Part shown: piece by piece, positions 50,963 to 64,000 of the stretch | How the letters are laid out: each line of letters begins with the position of its first letter | How positions within the stretch are numbered: position 1 is the first letter of the stretch | Source: Torpedo marmorata | Taxonomy: Eukaryota | NCBI GenBank assembly: GCA_977017645.1 | Contig: OZ360245.1 | Location: forward strand, 7,130,001-7,194,000 | DNA: 64,000 nt | Direction of reading: 5' to 3' | Notes under the pieces: model-generated | What the model saw: only the letters and a program-made list of their open reading frames with translations | The model's database searches: none | What the model was told of the DNA's origin: nothing | Translations under genes and position numbers: made by a program

Positions 50963-51086
50963 AAGTGAACAGGACATTGCAAAATGTTTCTTTTCTCTTG
51001 GAATAGTCAAGAGGCTGATTGAACCAGGGGTGGGGGGAAGGGGTATTACTCTATTTCCAAGCAAACGTCTGATTTTTAGACACTTA

Positions 51087-51284
<198 letters not shown>

Positions 51285-52401
51285 TTACCGAGTGCCAAAT
51301 CCTAGGTTGGTTATATATATTTTTAATTTGTGCATTCTCTTCTGCTTTGTTTGGGGATGGTGTTTCCTGAACCAGTATCATGTGAACCCATGCTAAATTC
51401 GAGCTTTGTAATTCCTCCTCAGCATTGTTTGACCATTTTTATGGCCACTGTTTTTCCTGAAATTACTGACTTTTGTTGAAACAGTTTGTGGATCAAAAGT
51501 TTTCAGTTTATATAGCAAATATTTGACTGTCTGAGGGGATTGCAATGGAGCTCAATCCGGTTCATTTCACATGATTTCATCCACATTATTCAGCAAGAGC
51601 AATACACGTTTCAAGAAGAGAAAAACTTTTTTTTGTGTTAAAAGTGCCCTCTCACCAAAAATAGAACAGGACGTCTCATTAAGCAACGTTGAATTTAAAA
51701 ATTGCATGAAGCTCAAGTCCAGATTTGCACAGGGTAAGATGATACTTGGTCATTATAAAAAGTTGAAATATGGTATTAGAATAGGTCTTTACCTTCGAGG
51801 ATCTCATTCTGCATTTGTGCAGTTTTATCAATGCCATGTTTTATTCCCTCCTCCCTTCCCCAAGGATCCTTTTTAATCCTTTAACATGAATTTAATCAAT
51901 CAGGACAATTCAAAATGATGCAAATACATTCCAAAACTTTAGGAACACAATATAATTATATAACAAACAGATGTTCTGATTAGGAAACACCTCCCCCAAA
52001 CAAAGAAGAGAATGTACAAATTAATAATATAGATATATATACACGACCAAATGACTGGTAACATTCCGCAAATGAGCTAAATTATCCACTTTAGAGCAAT
52101 CAGTTTTATCATATCAAAAACTTAAAGTATGCTTATGGCTTTTAAACTAAGTAAATAGACTTGGGTCTAAAATTAATTGGAGGCCAGAGAACTCCAGAGA
52201 TTGGAAATGTGCCAGTCGGTTTCAGGCTACAAAGTAGTAGTAACCAGTGCACTAACACAAATATGCATGTGAAAATATGTCAGATGTCCACATAAGTTTA
52301 TCAGTTTTTGTTCAATTGACGGTGAATCTTCAACAGCCCTGCTTGTAGTAAATCACAAAATATATTAAATTAGCTTTGTTTTGCTCCGACTCCTACCCGG
52401 T

Positions 52402-52870
52402 GCAGAGGAGGTTCACCAGGTTGATTCCGGAGATGTAGGGGTTAGCCTATGAGGAGAGATTGAGTCATCTGGGACTGTACCCGCTGGAATTTAGAAGAAT
52501 GAGAGGGAATCTTATAGAAACATAAAATTATGAAAGGCACAAATGTTGTTTCCATTGGTGGGGGAGACCAGAACTAGGGGACATAGCCTCAAGATTCAGG
52601 GTAGTAGATTTAGGATGAAGATGAGGAGGAACTGCTTTTCCCAGAGGGTGGTGAATCTGTGGAATTCACTGCCCATTGAAGCAGTGGAGGCGACCTCAGT
52701 AAATATATTTAAGACAAGGTTGGATACATTTCTACATAGCAAGGGAACTAAGGGATATGGGGAAAAGGTAGGCAGGTGGAGATGAGCCTTTCTTCAGATC
52801 AGCCATGAATGGTGGAGAAGGCTCGATGGGCCAGGTGACCTACTCCTGCTCCTATTTCTTGTGTTCTTAC
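52402..52870 (+). mobile_element. CR1 LINE 3' end
   Basis: TRTRGHSLKI..FSQRVVNLWNSLP peptide and CR1 3' UTR. Confidence 0.88.
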
Positions 52871-53699
52871 TCTCTTCTGGGTGTTCATTTTAGCTCGTCT
52901 TATTTTCTCCACCTTTAACTGGTTGTTTTTGCCATCTTCCTTTGTGCCTTATTTTCTTCACTCAGGTGAGTGACCTGCCAGACCACAGAACAGTCATGGC
53001 ACATTCTTTACAGGCTGTGTACACATTTCTAGTTAATGAAGAGTAGCCACAAAAAAAAATCGACAAGGTTTACAACACAGAAGCCCCCTTGCGAGCCCAA
53101 GTGGCAGGAGGGACAATGCTCCGTCATGAAGGACATGGCGTCTCAATCCAAGAACGTTGTTAGTTCGACAAACATGCTGGATCAGTTTATCAGTCAAAGG
53201 GAGGTGGGGCAGTGGAGAATTATTCTGCGGCATCACATCTCGAGATGGAAACCACAGGAGGTTGATGGTAATCAGGGGAAAGATGGAAAAGAGTACGACT
53301 GTGGTAAATAAAAAATGTTTATGTGGGAATAGACTCCACTGTGGCCTTGAAGGAATTTGATAAACATATGGCAAAGAAAAAATTTCAAGGCCATAGGGAA
53401 GGGGCCAGGGAAGTTGTGCTTTGCTCTGTTGAATGCCAATCAGGACACAAAAGGCCAAATAACCTAATCTGTGCTGTAACCTTTCCACAAAATTTAACTT
53501 CAACTTGCACTGATCCCACCTACTGTGATAGAAACAGTGATGTTAATTTCCTGCTGACTCTTTACAAAACAGAATCAGAACACTTTTTGCACAAAATAGT
53601 TTTGGGCACAGGTTTAAATTATGCCAGATACCACCTCACAAACACAACAGACTTGCTCCTCAGGTGAGTTATGCTTTATAGTCTTATAATCTTTTAAAA

Positions 53700-53905
53700 A
53701 TTAAATTTAAATTTTATTTACAGCATGGTTAAGCCAGTTCCAGCCATTTAAAACCGCACCACCCAATTACACCCAAATTAACCCCGTACGTTTTAGAGGG
53801 TGGGGGGAAACCAGAGCACCTGGGGATAATCCATGCAGGTCACGGGGAGAATGTGCAAACTTCTTACAAACAGTGCCGGATTCTAACCCAGGTCGCTGGC
53901 GTTGT
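53700..53905 (-). mobile_element. V-SINE, 5'-truncated
   Basis: Family motifs. Confidence 0.8.
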
Positions 53906-55057
53906 GTCCATGATATTTCCATGATAATTTTGCATAGTAACAATTATTTACCTTCACCAAACACCCCCTTCATTACAAGCTCCTATCTCAGTCCTACATG
54001 TAGGTGCTAAGTTCTGTCAGTCAGCAGAGATGGAACTCAGAGAGATGGGGTTAAATAGTCAACTTGCTTTTAACATATTCTATACCTGCTACTATTTCAA
54101 CAGCTGCAGAAGTGAGAAACTGTGCATATACTCTTTTGCATTTCAGTGGAATAATGAGTCAGCATAAATACTGGAATCAGCATTCTACAGTTGAACCAAT
54201 TTAAACGAAGGTGCAGTCAAGAAATTACAGAGTTTCAAAGACTTTTTGACGAAGTTTGACAAGGCAGATTTGTGACAGGTGTAAGGTGAAAATAATTTTG
54301 AATTCTCCCTTTCACTAGACTGACTGAAATTATTCAATCAACTGCTGGTGATAAGTCAATGAAAAGCATGGAGCAGTGTCAGGGCCACATGTCAAAGGAA
54401 TGTTGTGAATTAGCTCTTGGTCAACTCTTGCACTGTACTGAACCATTTCATCCAAATTGGTCCTCAATGAAAGTTTAACCTTAGTTACCATGGCAGAAGC
54501 AGTGGTTTGCACTCTTGGTTTTGGCACTGTGAACACTGTAGGTATTAGCACCAAAGGCTTTTTACCAACACCCAGATAAACTACTGTAATAATGAGGAAC
54601 TCTGGAGTCAAAACACTGCTGACTCCAAAATGGCCACTGACAAAAGATCTTCTTACAGGCTTTTGTTTCACCCTGGTCAGCTGAGACTATGCTTTTAACC
54701 AGATACAAATGTGTATTTTATTCATTGCCTGGTGTATTATTCTGGAATTCAATAAAACTCAATGCAAACTATTCTTTAAATCCATTTGAACACCAATTTA
54801 AATGATTTGGTTTGAAGATGCGTCTAAAGCCAACTTTAAATGCATTAACTGTAGTCCACTAAATGAATAAAAGGAGGGGGAGAGAAGGACAAGGAGAGCG
54901 AAACAAGGTAAAGGTTTCAAATCAGCAATTTAAATTTGAAAGCAGATTTAGCCAACAACTATAAATAAATCGCATTATGAAAAATAGATGATCAAAAAAT
55001 TGGTTTAAATCAACCTTCACCAAAAGGGAAAATTTGTCCCATTCCCAACAGTGTTCA

Positions 55058-55225
<168 letters not shown>

Positions 55226-55537
55226 TTAAATATTGTTAAAATAGCAAACAATTGTAGAGTTCCAAATTTCTATTTCAAATCATATAGTCATGCCTTTGGT
55301 TCGCTCTAAATCATTTAGATTTAAATCACTATTTTTTTTCTTTACATTTTTCATGAGAGAATGGATAGAAGTTCCACAATGCCAGAAAAATAGCCTGATT
55401 TTCACACATCAGTCACGCTGCAGAGGAGGCCATTTGTCTCGTCAAGCCCTCAAAACAACCCCATCAATTTCATCATCACTGTGAATATGCATGATTTCTT
55501 TTTCTGTCTTGGCATATTGTGGTAATTTAATTAATGA

Positions 55538-55758
55538 CAGTAAAACCCCTGTTATCCCGAATTCAAGCAACCGGCAGCCTTAAGCAACCAGCAAAAAAAA
55601 TCAGGGAAAATAAATAGGTAAAAAATACGGACGTTTAAAATTGGCACACCTCGCTGTGCGTTTGCCAATCACGCAACACGCAATCTCAAGCAACTGGAAA
55701 ATTCACTTATCCGGCATCTACTAATCCCCAAAAGTGCCAGATACCAGGGATTTCACTG
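55538..55758. mobile_element. Tigger/pogo-like MITE, short form
   Basis: CAGTAAAACCCCTG...CAGGGATTTCACTG; same ends as 7436-8078. Confidence 0.8.
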
Positions 55759-56949
55759 CATTATATTTGGTGCATCTCATGTACCTGTTTGGCTGCAGCA
55801 AGAATTTCAGTGCATTGTACTTATGCATTTGACAATAATCTCTCAGCTCATACCTTCACTTACTTTCCTGGTAACTAATTTTTCTTTCATGCCTATTAAC
55901 CCTACATTCATTCTCCTCATACCGACCTGCACAAGGGGCAATTTACAGTAACCAATTAATCTTGCTACTCCACAAATGTGCTGTACTGTTCACCCATAGC
56001 ATTCAAGGCCATAATTTTGATGGCATTCACCCCAAACATCTGTTTTCAGCTGTTTCAAATCTATTAGAGTCGATTCTCATCTCAATCAAAAATGTAAGTG
56101 TTTCAGACACTTCACAAATGAAATTAAAGGGCTTTGTAAAACACTAATTCTGAGATTTTTAACCTTCATGGAGAGCAAGCCCCCAGAGAGTTTGAGTTAA
56201 TCTTACAATTGTGGAGAACTCAGTTATTAAGGCAAATTTTTAACCCTGTCAGATGTTAGATACAACGTTTTCAGTTCCCATATTTTAGCATCTAGCTTTA
56301 CGATACAGTTTTAGATCAGGGCGTTTGTGAGATTGGCAGCCGTCCAGAAGATAGTCATGGTAATGTATCTGGTTGGATGGCACTAATAATACGGTAATAA
56401 TGAGAGTAAGTTGATGACAGATAGTGAGTTCAATTGTCGTTAGTTATCCTATCCGATTTTAATGAAGGATTTGCTGCCTTCAATGCGTATAAGAAATATT
56501 ATAATGGGAAACGTGCTAAAATAGAGGTGCAATGTGGCAAGTGAATTAAAATGGGAAAATTCCACGCTATTGATCATTATTCCAAGTGTAAAGATAAGGT
56601 TGTTAAGAGTATGTTAGGGGATAAGAGCAATGAGACTGACTCGGAAACAGAATTACATTTTCCACTCAAGCGATTAAGTAACATCTTTTTTTGTTCAAAT
56701 CTCCCAGATTTGGTATCCATGACTGGTGCCAGTAAGAAGCATGCATGAATCAGGTACGATTGCTCCCTTCTAGATATGGGAGCTGGAGCGCAGCTGAGAT
56801 CCTGCAATGTGTAATAACTCCAGGATACAGCACCCAGCTGTCAATATTCACTCGGCAGATTTTTTAAGTTACACATCCTGCAGATTTTAAATCAAAGTCT
56901 AAATAAACAAAACTAGAAAACAGGAAAAATTTGCATCACGGTTGTGTTG

Positions 56950-57390
56950 TCTTGAGTCGTCTGGGACTGTACTCGCTGGAATTTAGAATGAAAGGGGATC
57001 TCATAGAAACATGTGAAATTATGAAAGTCATAGATAAGATTGCGGTAGGTAAGTTGTTTCCATTGGTAGGGGAGACCAGAACTAGGGGACATAGCCTCAA
57101 GATTCAAGGTAGTAAATTTAGGACAAAGATGAGGAGGAACTGCTTTTCCCAGAGGGTGGTGAATCTGTGGAATTCGCTGCCCATTGAAGCAGTGGAGTCG
57201 ACCTCAGTAAATATACCGTATTTAAGACAAGGTTGGATAGATTTTTACATAGTAAGGGAATTAAGGGATATGGGGAAAAGGCAGGTAGGTGGAGATGAGC
57301 CCATCATCAGATCAGCCATGATCTCATTGAATAGCGGAGTCGACTCGACAGACCGGATGGGCTACTCCTGTTCCTATTTCTTATGTTCAC
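56950..57390 (+). mobile_element. CR1 LINE 3' end
   Basis: RLGLYSLEFR..RGHSLKI..NLWNSLP. Confidence 0.88.
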
Positions 57391-57882
57391 ATGTTAATAA
57401 TGACACGAAGTTATGAGGGAAATTGAAGCTACCATCTTTCATAGAATTTCAACTTGGTAACCTTATAGCCTGGACTGTAATTCAAGCTGCACTTGGTTCA
57501 GTCTGTATCACGTGGTGTTTGATCAGAAGCAATTTCGTCAGCTGCAAATGTCAGTGAACTAGTCCATTGGTTTACTACGATGGAAATCTGTGGCCACTTC
57601 TCCAGTTTAAGGAGGAGATGGATGCTGGAGACACGAAATGAGAATCTGTAATAAGTGGGGGGAGAAGAGCTTCAATCTTTTGATAACCCAGATGGATTGA
57701 GTAACGAGTGACCAACACCACAAACCAAAAGATAGGTTTTGGTTTGGTGACATTCAAAAGGAGGAATTAATCCAATTTGACACGAAACGCCAAACCATTA
57801 AAAAAGTTGAAGTTTTGAAAATGGCTGAATCGGGTTTTCTCATTTGCACGTTGTACTGACCTACAGCTTCCATTTCCTAAAG

Positions 57883-58037
57883 CAGTGGTTCTCAACCTTT
57901 TTTTCTACTCACATACCACCTTAAATAATCCCTTACTAACCACAGAGCACCTGCGGCATCCCATGCCTGCTCTGTGGTTAGTAAGGGATTACTTAAGGTG
58001 GTACGTGAGTGGGGAAAAAAAAGGTTGAGAACCACTG
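57883..58037. mobile_element. hAT (Charlie-like) palindromic MITE, monomer
   Basis: TIR CAGTGGTTCTCAACCTTTTT; 8-bp TSD TCCTAAAG; almost fully self-complementary. Confidence 0.92.
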
Positions 58038-58895
58038 TCCTAAAGCAAGAGCCATTTTTAAGCAGCTTCTGTGCCACACTGAGAAAATTGCTGTTGGCAA
58101 CTGAATTGAAAAGGAATCAAGATTTTCTCCCAATGGCCAGCTCACTGAAATGCTTTGTGCTTAGATGGGAGATTAACTGCAGGCTACATCTTTCAAGTGT
58201 TTCATCACTCATGAAGACGATCATGCCAGATGTGCAAAATTGTATCCAGATGCAGAGAATCCATTTTTCAGGGAGTCCAAAAAGGGGAGTTTGTAAATAC
58301 AAGGTGGTCAACAGTAAATTCCGTTGGAAACTCAGAGAAGAGTAGTTGGACGACGAGCTCACTGTTACATAGAGCGGTCAAGTTGACTTTCATGGATGCA
58401 TTTCAGGGGAGACTGGGGAACAACAAATCAGTAAAGAACTTGAAGAACAGTGAAAGCTTAAGATGGAGCAGCATGTGATCAGAGGTTGGGAGGAAAATAC
58501 CAGCAGAGAATCACAAGAACTGCAGATGCTGCAAATTTGAGCAAACAACGAGACGCTGGAGGGATTCAGCAGGTCAAGCAGCTTCCATGAAGGGAAACGG
58601 ACAGCAAATGTTTAGGGTTGCGACTTCAGTTCCAGATTCAAACCCACTGCATTACATCTCAACCATGGCATCCTCACCAGTAGCTTACACTGGGCAGAAT
58701 TTCAGCCAATGCAATATTTCACGTCACATATTACCATCACGTAGTTCAGAGCTTGTTAAACTACCAGAAAGTCCCGAGGCTTACATACAGAGGCACTGTA
58801 TACAAAATAAAGGACATTGCATTTCTCTCTATGTATGCTGCCTGACCTGCTGAGTCTAACTTTTCATCATTTGCTCCAAAGAATACTCCACTTAC

Positions 58896-58953
58896 CAAGC
58901 AGTGTCTTCCATGAAAATTCCCTCTCTTTCCAGCTGCATGAAGAGCTCTCCAC
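58896..58953 (-). CDS. RPS6KB1: S6K1 exon 6 ([20 protein letters not shown])
   Basis: 58 nt, AG/GTAAG boundaries. Confidence 0.96.
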
Positions 58954-59499
58954 CTACAATGACATTACCCAATGAATGCCAGAGAAAGGAAGCAACAATC
59001 ATGCTGGACAGTGGGGGGAGGGGGGGGGATGGTGGGAAACAGCTGGTAAATGCAAAACCCTCACACTGGGCTGCCAGAAGTACTGAAAGCAGATACATCA
59101 GTAATATTTACGAGGCTTCTAAATAGGCACATGAATATGCAGGTAAAAGATGGATAAGGATCATCAAGGTTAAAGGCCCACAGTATTAAAGGAAAGTCAA
59201 GATCATCAGAATCTCTCTGACTAACATTGATTCAAGTCAATAATCCGAACTAGTCTAACAATACTCAGTGATTTAACATGGTGTAAAATGACAAACTGTT
59301 GGAGGAGCTTAGCTATTCAAGCAGCATCTATCCAGGCAAAAAAAATGGTCAACATTTCAGGTAGGGGCACTGCATCAGTATTGAGAGTGGAGAGGGAAGA
59401 TAGCCAGTAAAAAGAGGCGAGACAGAGGCTGGTAGGTGATCGATGTAACCAGGTGAGATGGGGATGATAGACAGATAGAACCAGGTGAAGGTAGACAGG

Positions 59500-59813
59500 A
59501 AAGAGGTGTAGGTGCCACAAGACTCGTACCACCAGGTTCAGGAACAGTTGATACCCCTCCACCATCAGACTCCTAAACCACAAACTCAGAGACTCGTTTA
59601 AGGACTCTTACTTTGAACATTATTTATGATCAAATATTTATTTTCTGCATTGCAGTTTGTTTACATTTCTCTCTTTTGTATTCGTATATTTTTTTGAGTA
59701 CAGTTTTTTTTGCACTACCGATAAGTAAATATTCTGCCTGGCCCGCAGGAAAAAGAATCTCAGGGTTGTATGTGATGTCATGTATGTACTCGGACAATAA
59801 ATCTGAACTTTGA
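59500..59813 (+). mobile_element. Rex1/Babar LINE 3' end inserted in a Penelope remnant (59285-59900)
   Basis: Matches 35275-35606. Confidence 0.8.
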
Positions 59814-59952
59814 AGGTGATGTGGAGCCAGATGAGAGGGGAGATGGGGAGATGAAGACAGGAGGAGGGGACAGCTGAGACATAGGTTGGAAGGTGATAAG
59901 TGATATATGGATACTTCATATGGCATTGAAGTATCAATTTTCTTTTAAGTCA

Positions 59953-60156
<204 letters not shown>

Positions 60157-60697
60157 TCAGATTGCTCAATTAATATTATCGCACTGGAAAGATGAGACCG
60201 GTTGCATGAATGATTAGAATGCCGCAACATCAGATCAGGATTTAGATCCAGGTTAAAATCCACCCAAGTCTGACAAGATTAAAGTCTGCCCGATATCAGC
60301 TGAAACATTGCAAATTAAATTTGACTGGACAGGATCAACTAACAACAGACTGAAAAACAGACTGCAGAAAGATGTCCAGAAATTGAAAAGCCAGTCAGAG
60401 AAGTTCAATAGTAACTGCCACCACAAGTGGACACAAGTCACTGGCGCAATGGTGGGTTTAGGACAATTGTGCTTTATGCTGCAGTCAGAATAACCGCATC
60501 GTTTCCAAGCTCCACTTAGCACAAAAGTCACATTGCGTCGATACGTTAGAAAATTAATTTTAGTTTCTTCAGAGTTGGGAGGGCAAAGCAAGAAAAAGAT
60601 ATTGCAGAGTAAACCATCTCGGAACATTTGTCCAAAGATAAACATACAATGCACAAAGAAAAATTAAAACAAATAGTACTAAAATGCTACTGTTTAA

Positions 60698-60981
60698 AGT
60701 AAAAACACAATGGTGGAGAAACTCAGCAGGTCAAACAGTGTACTTTATATGGCAAAGATAACGATACATAACCAATGTTTCGGACCAAAACCCTTCATCA
60801 AGGTATGAAGGGCTCAGGCCTTCATACGTTGATCAAACACTACCTTGATGAAGGGCTCAGGCCCAAAATGTTGGTTATGTATCTTTATCTTTGCTATATA
60901 AAGTACACTGTTCGACCTGCTGAGTTCCTCCAGCGTTGTGATTTTACTTCAACCAGTGTCTGCAGACTTTCGTGTTTTACT
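60698..60981. mobile_element. Fold-back Penelope-derived miniature element, long arms
   Basis: ~115-bp inverted arms, each ending inward in a taccttgatgaaggg...ccgaaa-type core. Confidence 0.8.
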
Positions 60982-61863
60982 TTTTTGCTACTGTTTAAAT
61001 TCTTGTTTCTTTCCAACATGGGCCCACCCCATAAACATCAGTACATAATGTACAGGCCTGAGCGCCAGCTTCAAAGTGGAACAGAAACTCTCACTCAACC
61101 ATCCCCATCGAAGCCTGGTTCGGTGCTTAACTCAGCAAGATGAACGCAATGGGCAAAGCCTGCAATCTGTGCTCAATTTGAACACACCCAGTATCCTGAA
61201 CTACAAAATAAAACCAAACGGCCCAGGACTCCTGCTCTCGACTGCTACACAGCACCCCTTGCTGTACCGGTGCCATTGCCTGCTGGTCTTGGTCAAGAAT
61301 CAAAATGTTTACTTAGAGGCGGCCTTGAAGCACAGACAGGAACTGTGTGATCCCATCCACCTCATTGGTGACTTTACAATAGTTTGAAAGAACTACTCCA
61401 CTTTTTACTTTATTTACGAGATGACTTTTCCATGTAGCACTTTTCAGCTCCAGAATGCTATCAGGGAAGAATAAAAGTAGGCAAATCTGCTCCGAGCCCA
61501 ATCCATAAAATATGACCTGCACTCCAACTCCATTTAATCACTGCATTCCAAAACTTCCATCTAGTAAATATCCACTCATCTCTGTATTTTCTCAGTCTTT
61601 TGGGGGTGGCAGGTGGAAGAGCATCTACATTTTCTTAACTTTTGATTACATTCCTATATTACCCAACTTTAGGACTGATCGTACTCCTTGGATTTCACCA
61701 AAGAATGTGTATCATTACTGTCAAAGCTAATTTACAATATTAAGCAACTCAGACATCCTCAAACTGCTAAAGGTAGGGATACAAAAGTTTAACCATAACA
61801 TAATCCTTAAAAACCCTGATGCCATTCTGGTGGATCTTTTACATGCCTAGTAAAATGCAAATG

Positions 61864-62067
61864 CAGTAAAATTCCTGGTATCCGGCACCCAAGGGGATTG
61901 GTAGACGCCGGATAAGTGAATTTCTCAGTTGCTTGAGACTGCGTGTTGCATGAATGGAGAACTAATGGCAAGGCGCACCATCTTCAAACTTCCGTATTTT
62001 TTAACCATTTATTTTCCTAAATTTTTTTTGCCAATTGCTTGAATTCTGGATAACAGGGATTTTACTA
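61864..62067. mobile_element. Tigger/pogo-like MITE, short form, opposite orientation to 55538
   Basis: CAGTAAAATTCCTGGTATCC...GGATAACAGGGATTTTACT. Confidence 0.8.
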
Positions 62068-62789
62068 TACATCTTCAGGAGCAGTGACCAAGACAGAATG
62101 CAGCAAGGAACCCTTTTGTATTCTGTCTTGAGATTACTTTGTATTTTTTAAACTGACAAACTTGTTTGCATTTGGAACCCCAAATCCCTCTGAACCTGAA
62201 AAATTCTCAGTTTATCATTTTATGGATCGATATGAAGCCTGATATTGAACTCTGCCACAATTTGACCCTTGACCAGTTACTACCATCCACACTTACTGTG
62301 CTTATACATAGAACTACAGTATTTCAACTGCTTCTGATGTTCAATTTTCAAACACAATTTTTCAAACCTAGCAAGCTCTGCAAATTATCCTCTAGGTGAC
62401 TCAAGTGACAACTAACATGAAGGCGAACTCGCTGGTGACGTGCTTGCAGAGAGCTTCCTGCACATTTTGAAGTCGCAGAATATTTTTGGAAACATTATTT
62501 TTAGCTAACCTTTATAACAGATTTGTCTCGGGTGGCACTGACATGTAATGTACAGACTTAATTCGACAAGTCACAAATATCAGTCATTTTAAAAGAGATT
62601 TTGAAAAAGAATACTCATGGTTAGGTGCCAGAAACTAGCTCTGTATTTGGAGATAAATTTTAATCCACATCCCAACACAGTAATTCCTGAAAATTGTGGG
62701 GAAAAAAATGATAGAGGGAATCATTTAAATTACCAATTATTCTGGGCTCAGAACACAAAGAAAAGCAGTTTAATGATTTTCCACTTTAC

Positions 62790-62858
62790 CTTCTTCAGCA
62801 CTTTCATGGCAAATATCTTTCCAGTATATGCCCCTGATACCTTCCTTACTTGGAAAAC
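62790..62858 (-). CDS. RPS6KB1: S6K1 exon 4 (VFQVRKVSGAYTGKIFAMKVLKK); exons 1-3 lie beyond the window
   Basis: 69 nt; FAMKVLKK catalytic Lys; AG/GTAAA boundaries. Confidence 0.96.
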
Positions 62859-63099
62859 CTGCAAACCAGAGAAAAAAAAATCTTTCTTACTTTCAAAAAG
62901 CTTATTTTATCCTACAGTATTATATCCAGTTCTTATTACATCAAGCTCATTTCAGCACATCTTAGCCAAAGTGGCATGAAGAAACAAATTTATTTTTGAG
63001 TACATTTACCAAATTCAAGTATAAATAAATTACAACAAGAGGGGGGTGGGGGGGGGGTGGGGTGGGGAGAGAGGTGGAAAGGGAAAGGATGAGACGACA

Positions 63100-63600
63100 C
63101 TCGGCGTTTTGGTCTCCCCAACTACGAATGTATACATTTGCCATAAGGGGGAACACAGCAAAGATTCGCTAGACTGGATCACCAGATGAGGAGAGATTGA
63201 GTTAGACTAGGACTGTGTTTTTTCAAGTTACGAATAAGAGATCTCATCAAAACACAAAATTCTGAAAAAGACTTGACAGGTGAGATGCAGGGAAGATGCT
63301 TTCCTGGCTGGTCTAGGGTCAGGTGGCAATTTCAGAATAATGGGAGATGCCGATTCGGACCGAAAGATGGAAGAAGTTCTTCAGAAGGGTGATCCTGTGG
63401 AATTCTCGACCGCAGAAGGCTATGGAGGCTCAGTCATAATGTTCTTTCAAAGCCAGATCTATTTGATTTCTGGATGTTAAGGGAATCAGAAGTTATGAGC
63501 ACTGTGCTGGAAAATGACACAAGAGGAGATCAGCCTTTATGTTATGAATGACAGAGCAGATGGCTTACTCCTGCTCATATTTCTTATGCCCTTGCTTCTT
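63100..63600 (+). mobile_element. Old CR1 LINE 3' end
   Basis: Degenerate ctgtggaattctc and actcctgctcatatttcttatg motifs. Confidence 0.6.
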
Positions 63601-64000
63601 GACAGCAGTGTTATTGACACCTTCCATCATTTGTTGATGATTTGAGAGAACAGACTGGAAGGGCAGTCAAACCTGGAAACCACTGCAAAGAGAGTGGTTC
63701 TGCACATTGCTCTGGTACTCAAGTTTCACACCCAGATGCATCTTGCTTTTCAAAAGGCACTGCAAAAGGATGTGCGCTTCAGTCAAATTTCCTCCTTGGA
63801 CAGGCTTTCAACTCAACTCTGAAGTTTAGATACACAGAATATTGACTCAATATCTGTTCCTGTTGGTTGAATGAGGCTGTGTATGGATCTCATTAGGATG
63901 TACTGTACTCAGTACTTCTAAGAAAACACCAGGACTCCTAGACCTAATCACTTTTTTGTGACTGGTATCGAAAAATGGTCATTATTTATCACCAAGCAGG

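Noticed and set aside
53033-53667. Cluster of 90-156 aa ORFs
   Set aside because: No domain motifs, no splice-compatible structure, intronic; probably chance or decayed repeat.

Overview
Vertebrate genomic DNA, most likely a cartilaginous fish (ray/skate-like; inferred from the V-SINE, CR1, Rex1/Babar and Penelope repeat content). It holds two convergent genes that are also neighbours in mammals. RNFT1 (+ strand) contributes its last three coding exons, with the stop at 9537. RPS6KB1/p70 S6 kinase 1 (- strand) contributes coding exons 4-15 by human numbering (62858 down to the stop at 23304); all have GT-AG boundaries and join in frame. Most of the rest is intron or UTR densely filled with transposons. 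The most unusual structure is a nested stack in RPS6KB1 intron 12 (31.9-38.2 kb). It includes a miniature CsRN1-type LTR element, and a composite hAT unit (two MITEs plus a spacer under one 8-bp TSD) containing a Tc2/pogo-like non-autonomous transposon that carries a class III (ERV-L-like) retroviral RT fragment. Other points of note: fold-back Penelope-derived elements with minimal hammerhead-like cores, a GC-rich bipartite non-autonomous retroelement, a C-depleted L1 with a 16-bp TSD, and a ~400-bp segment lacking CpG depletion. Family assignments come from motif recognition by eye, not database searches; repeat boundaries without a TSD are approximate.
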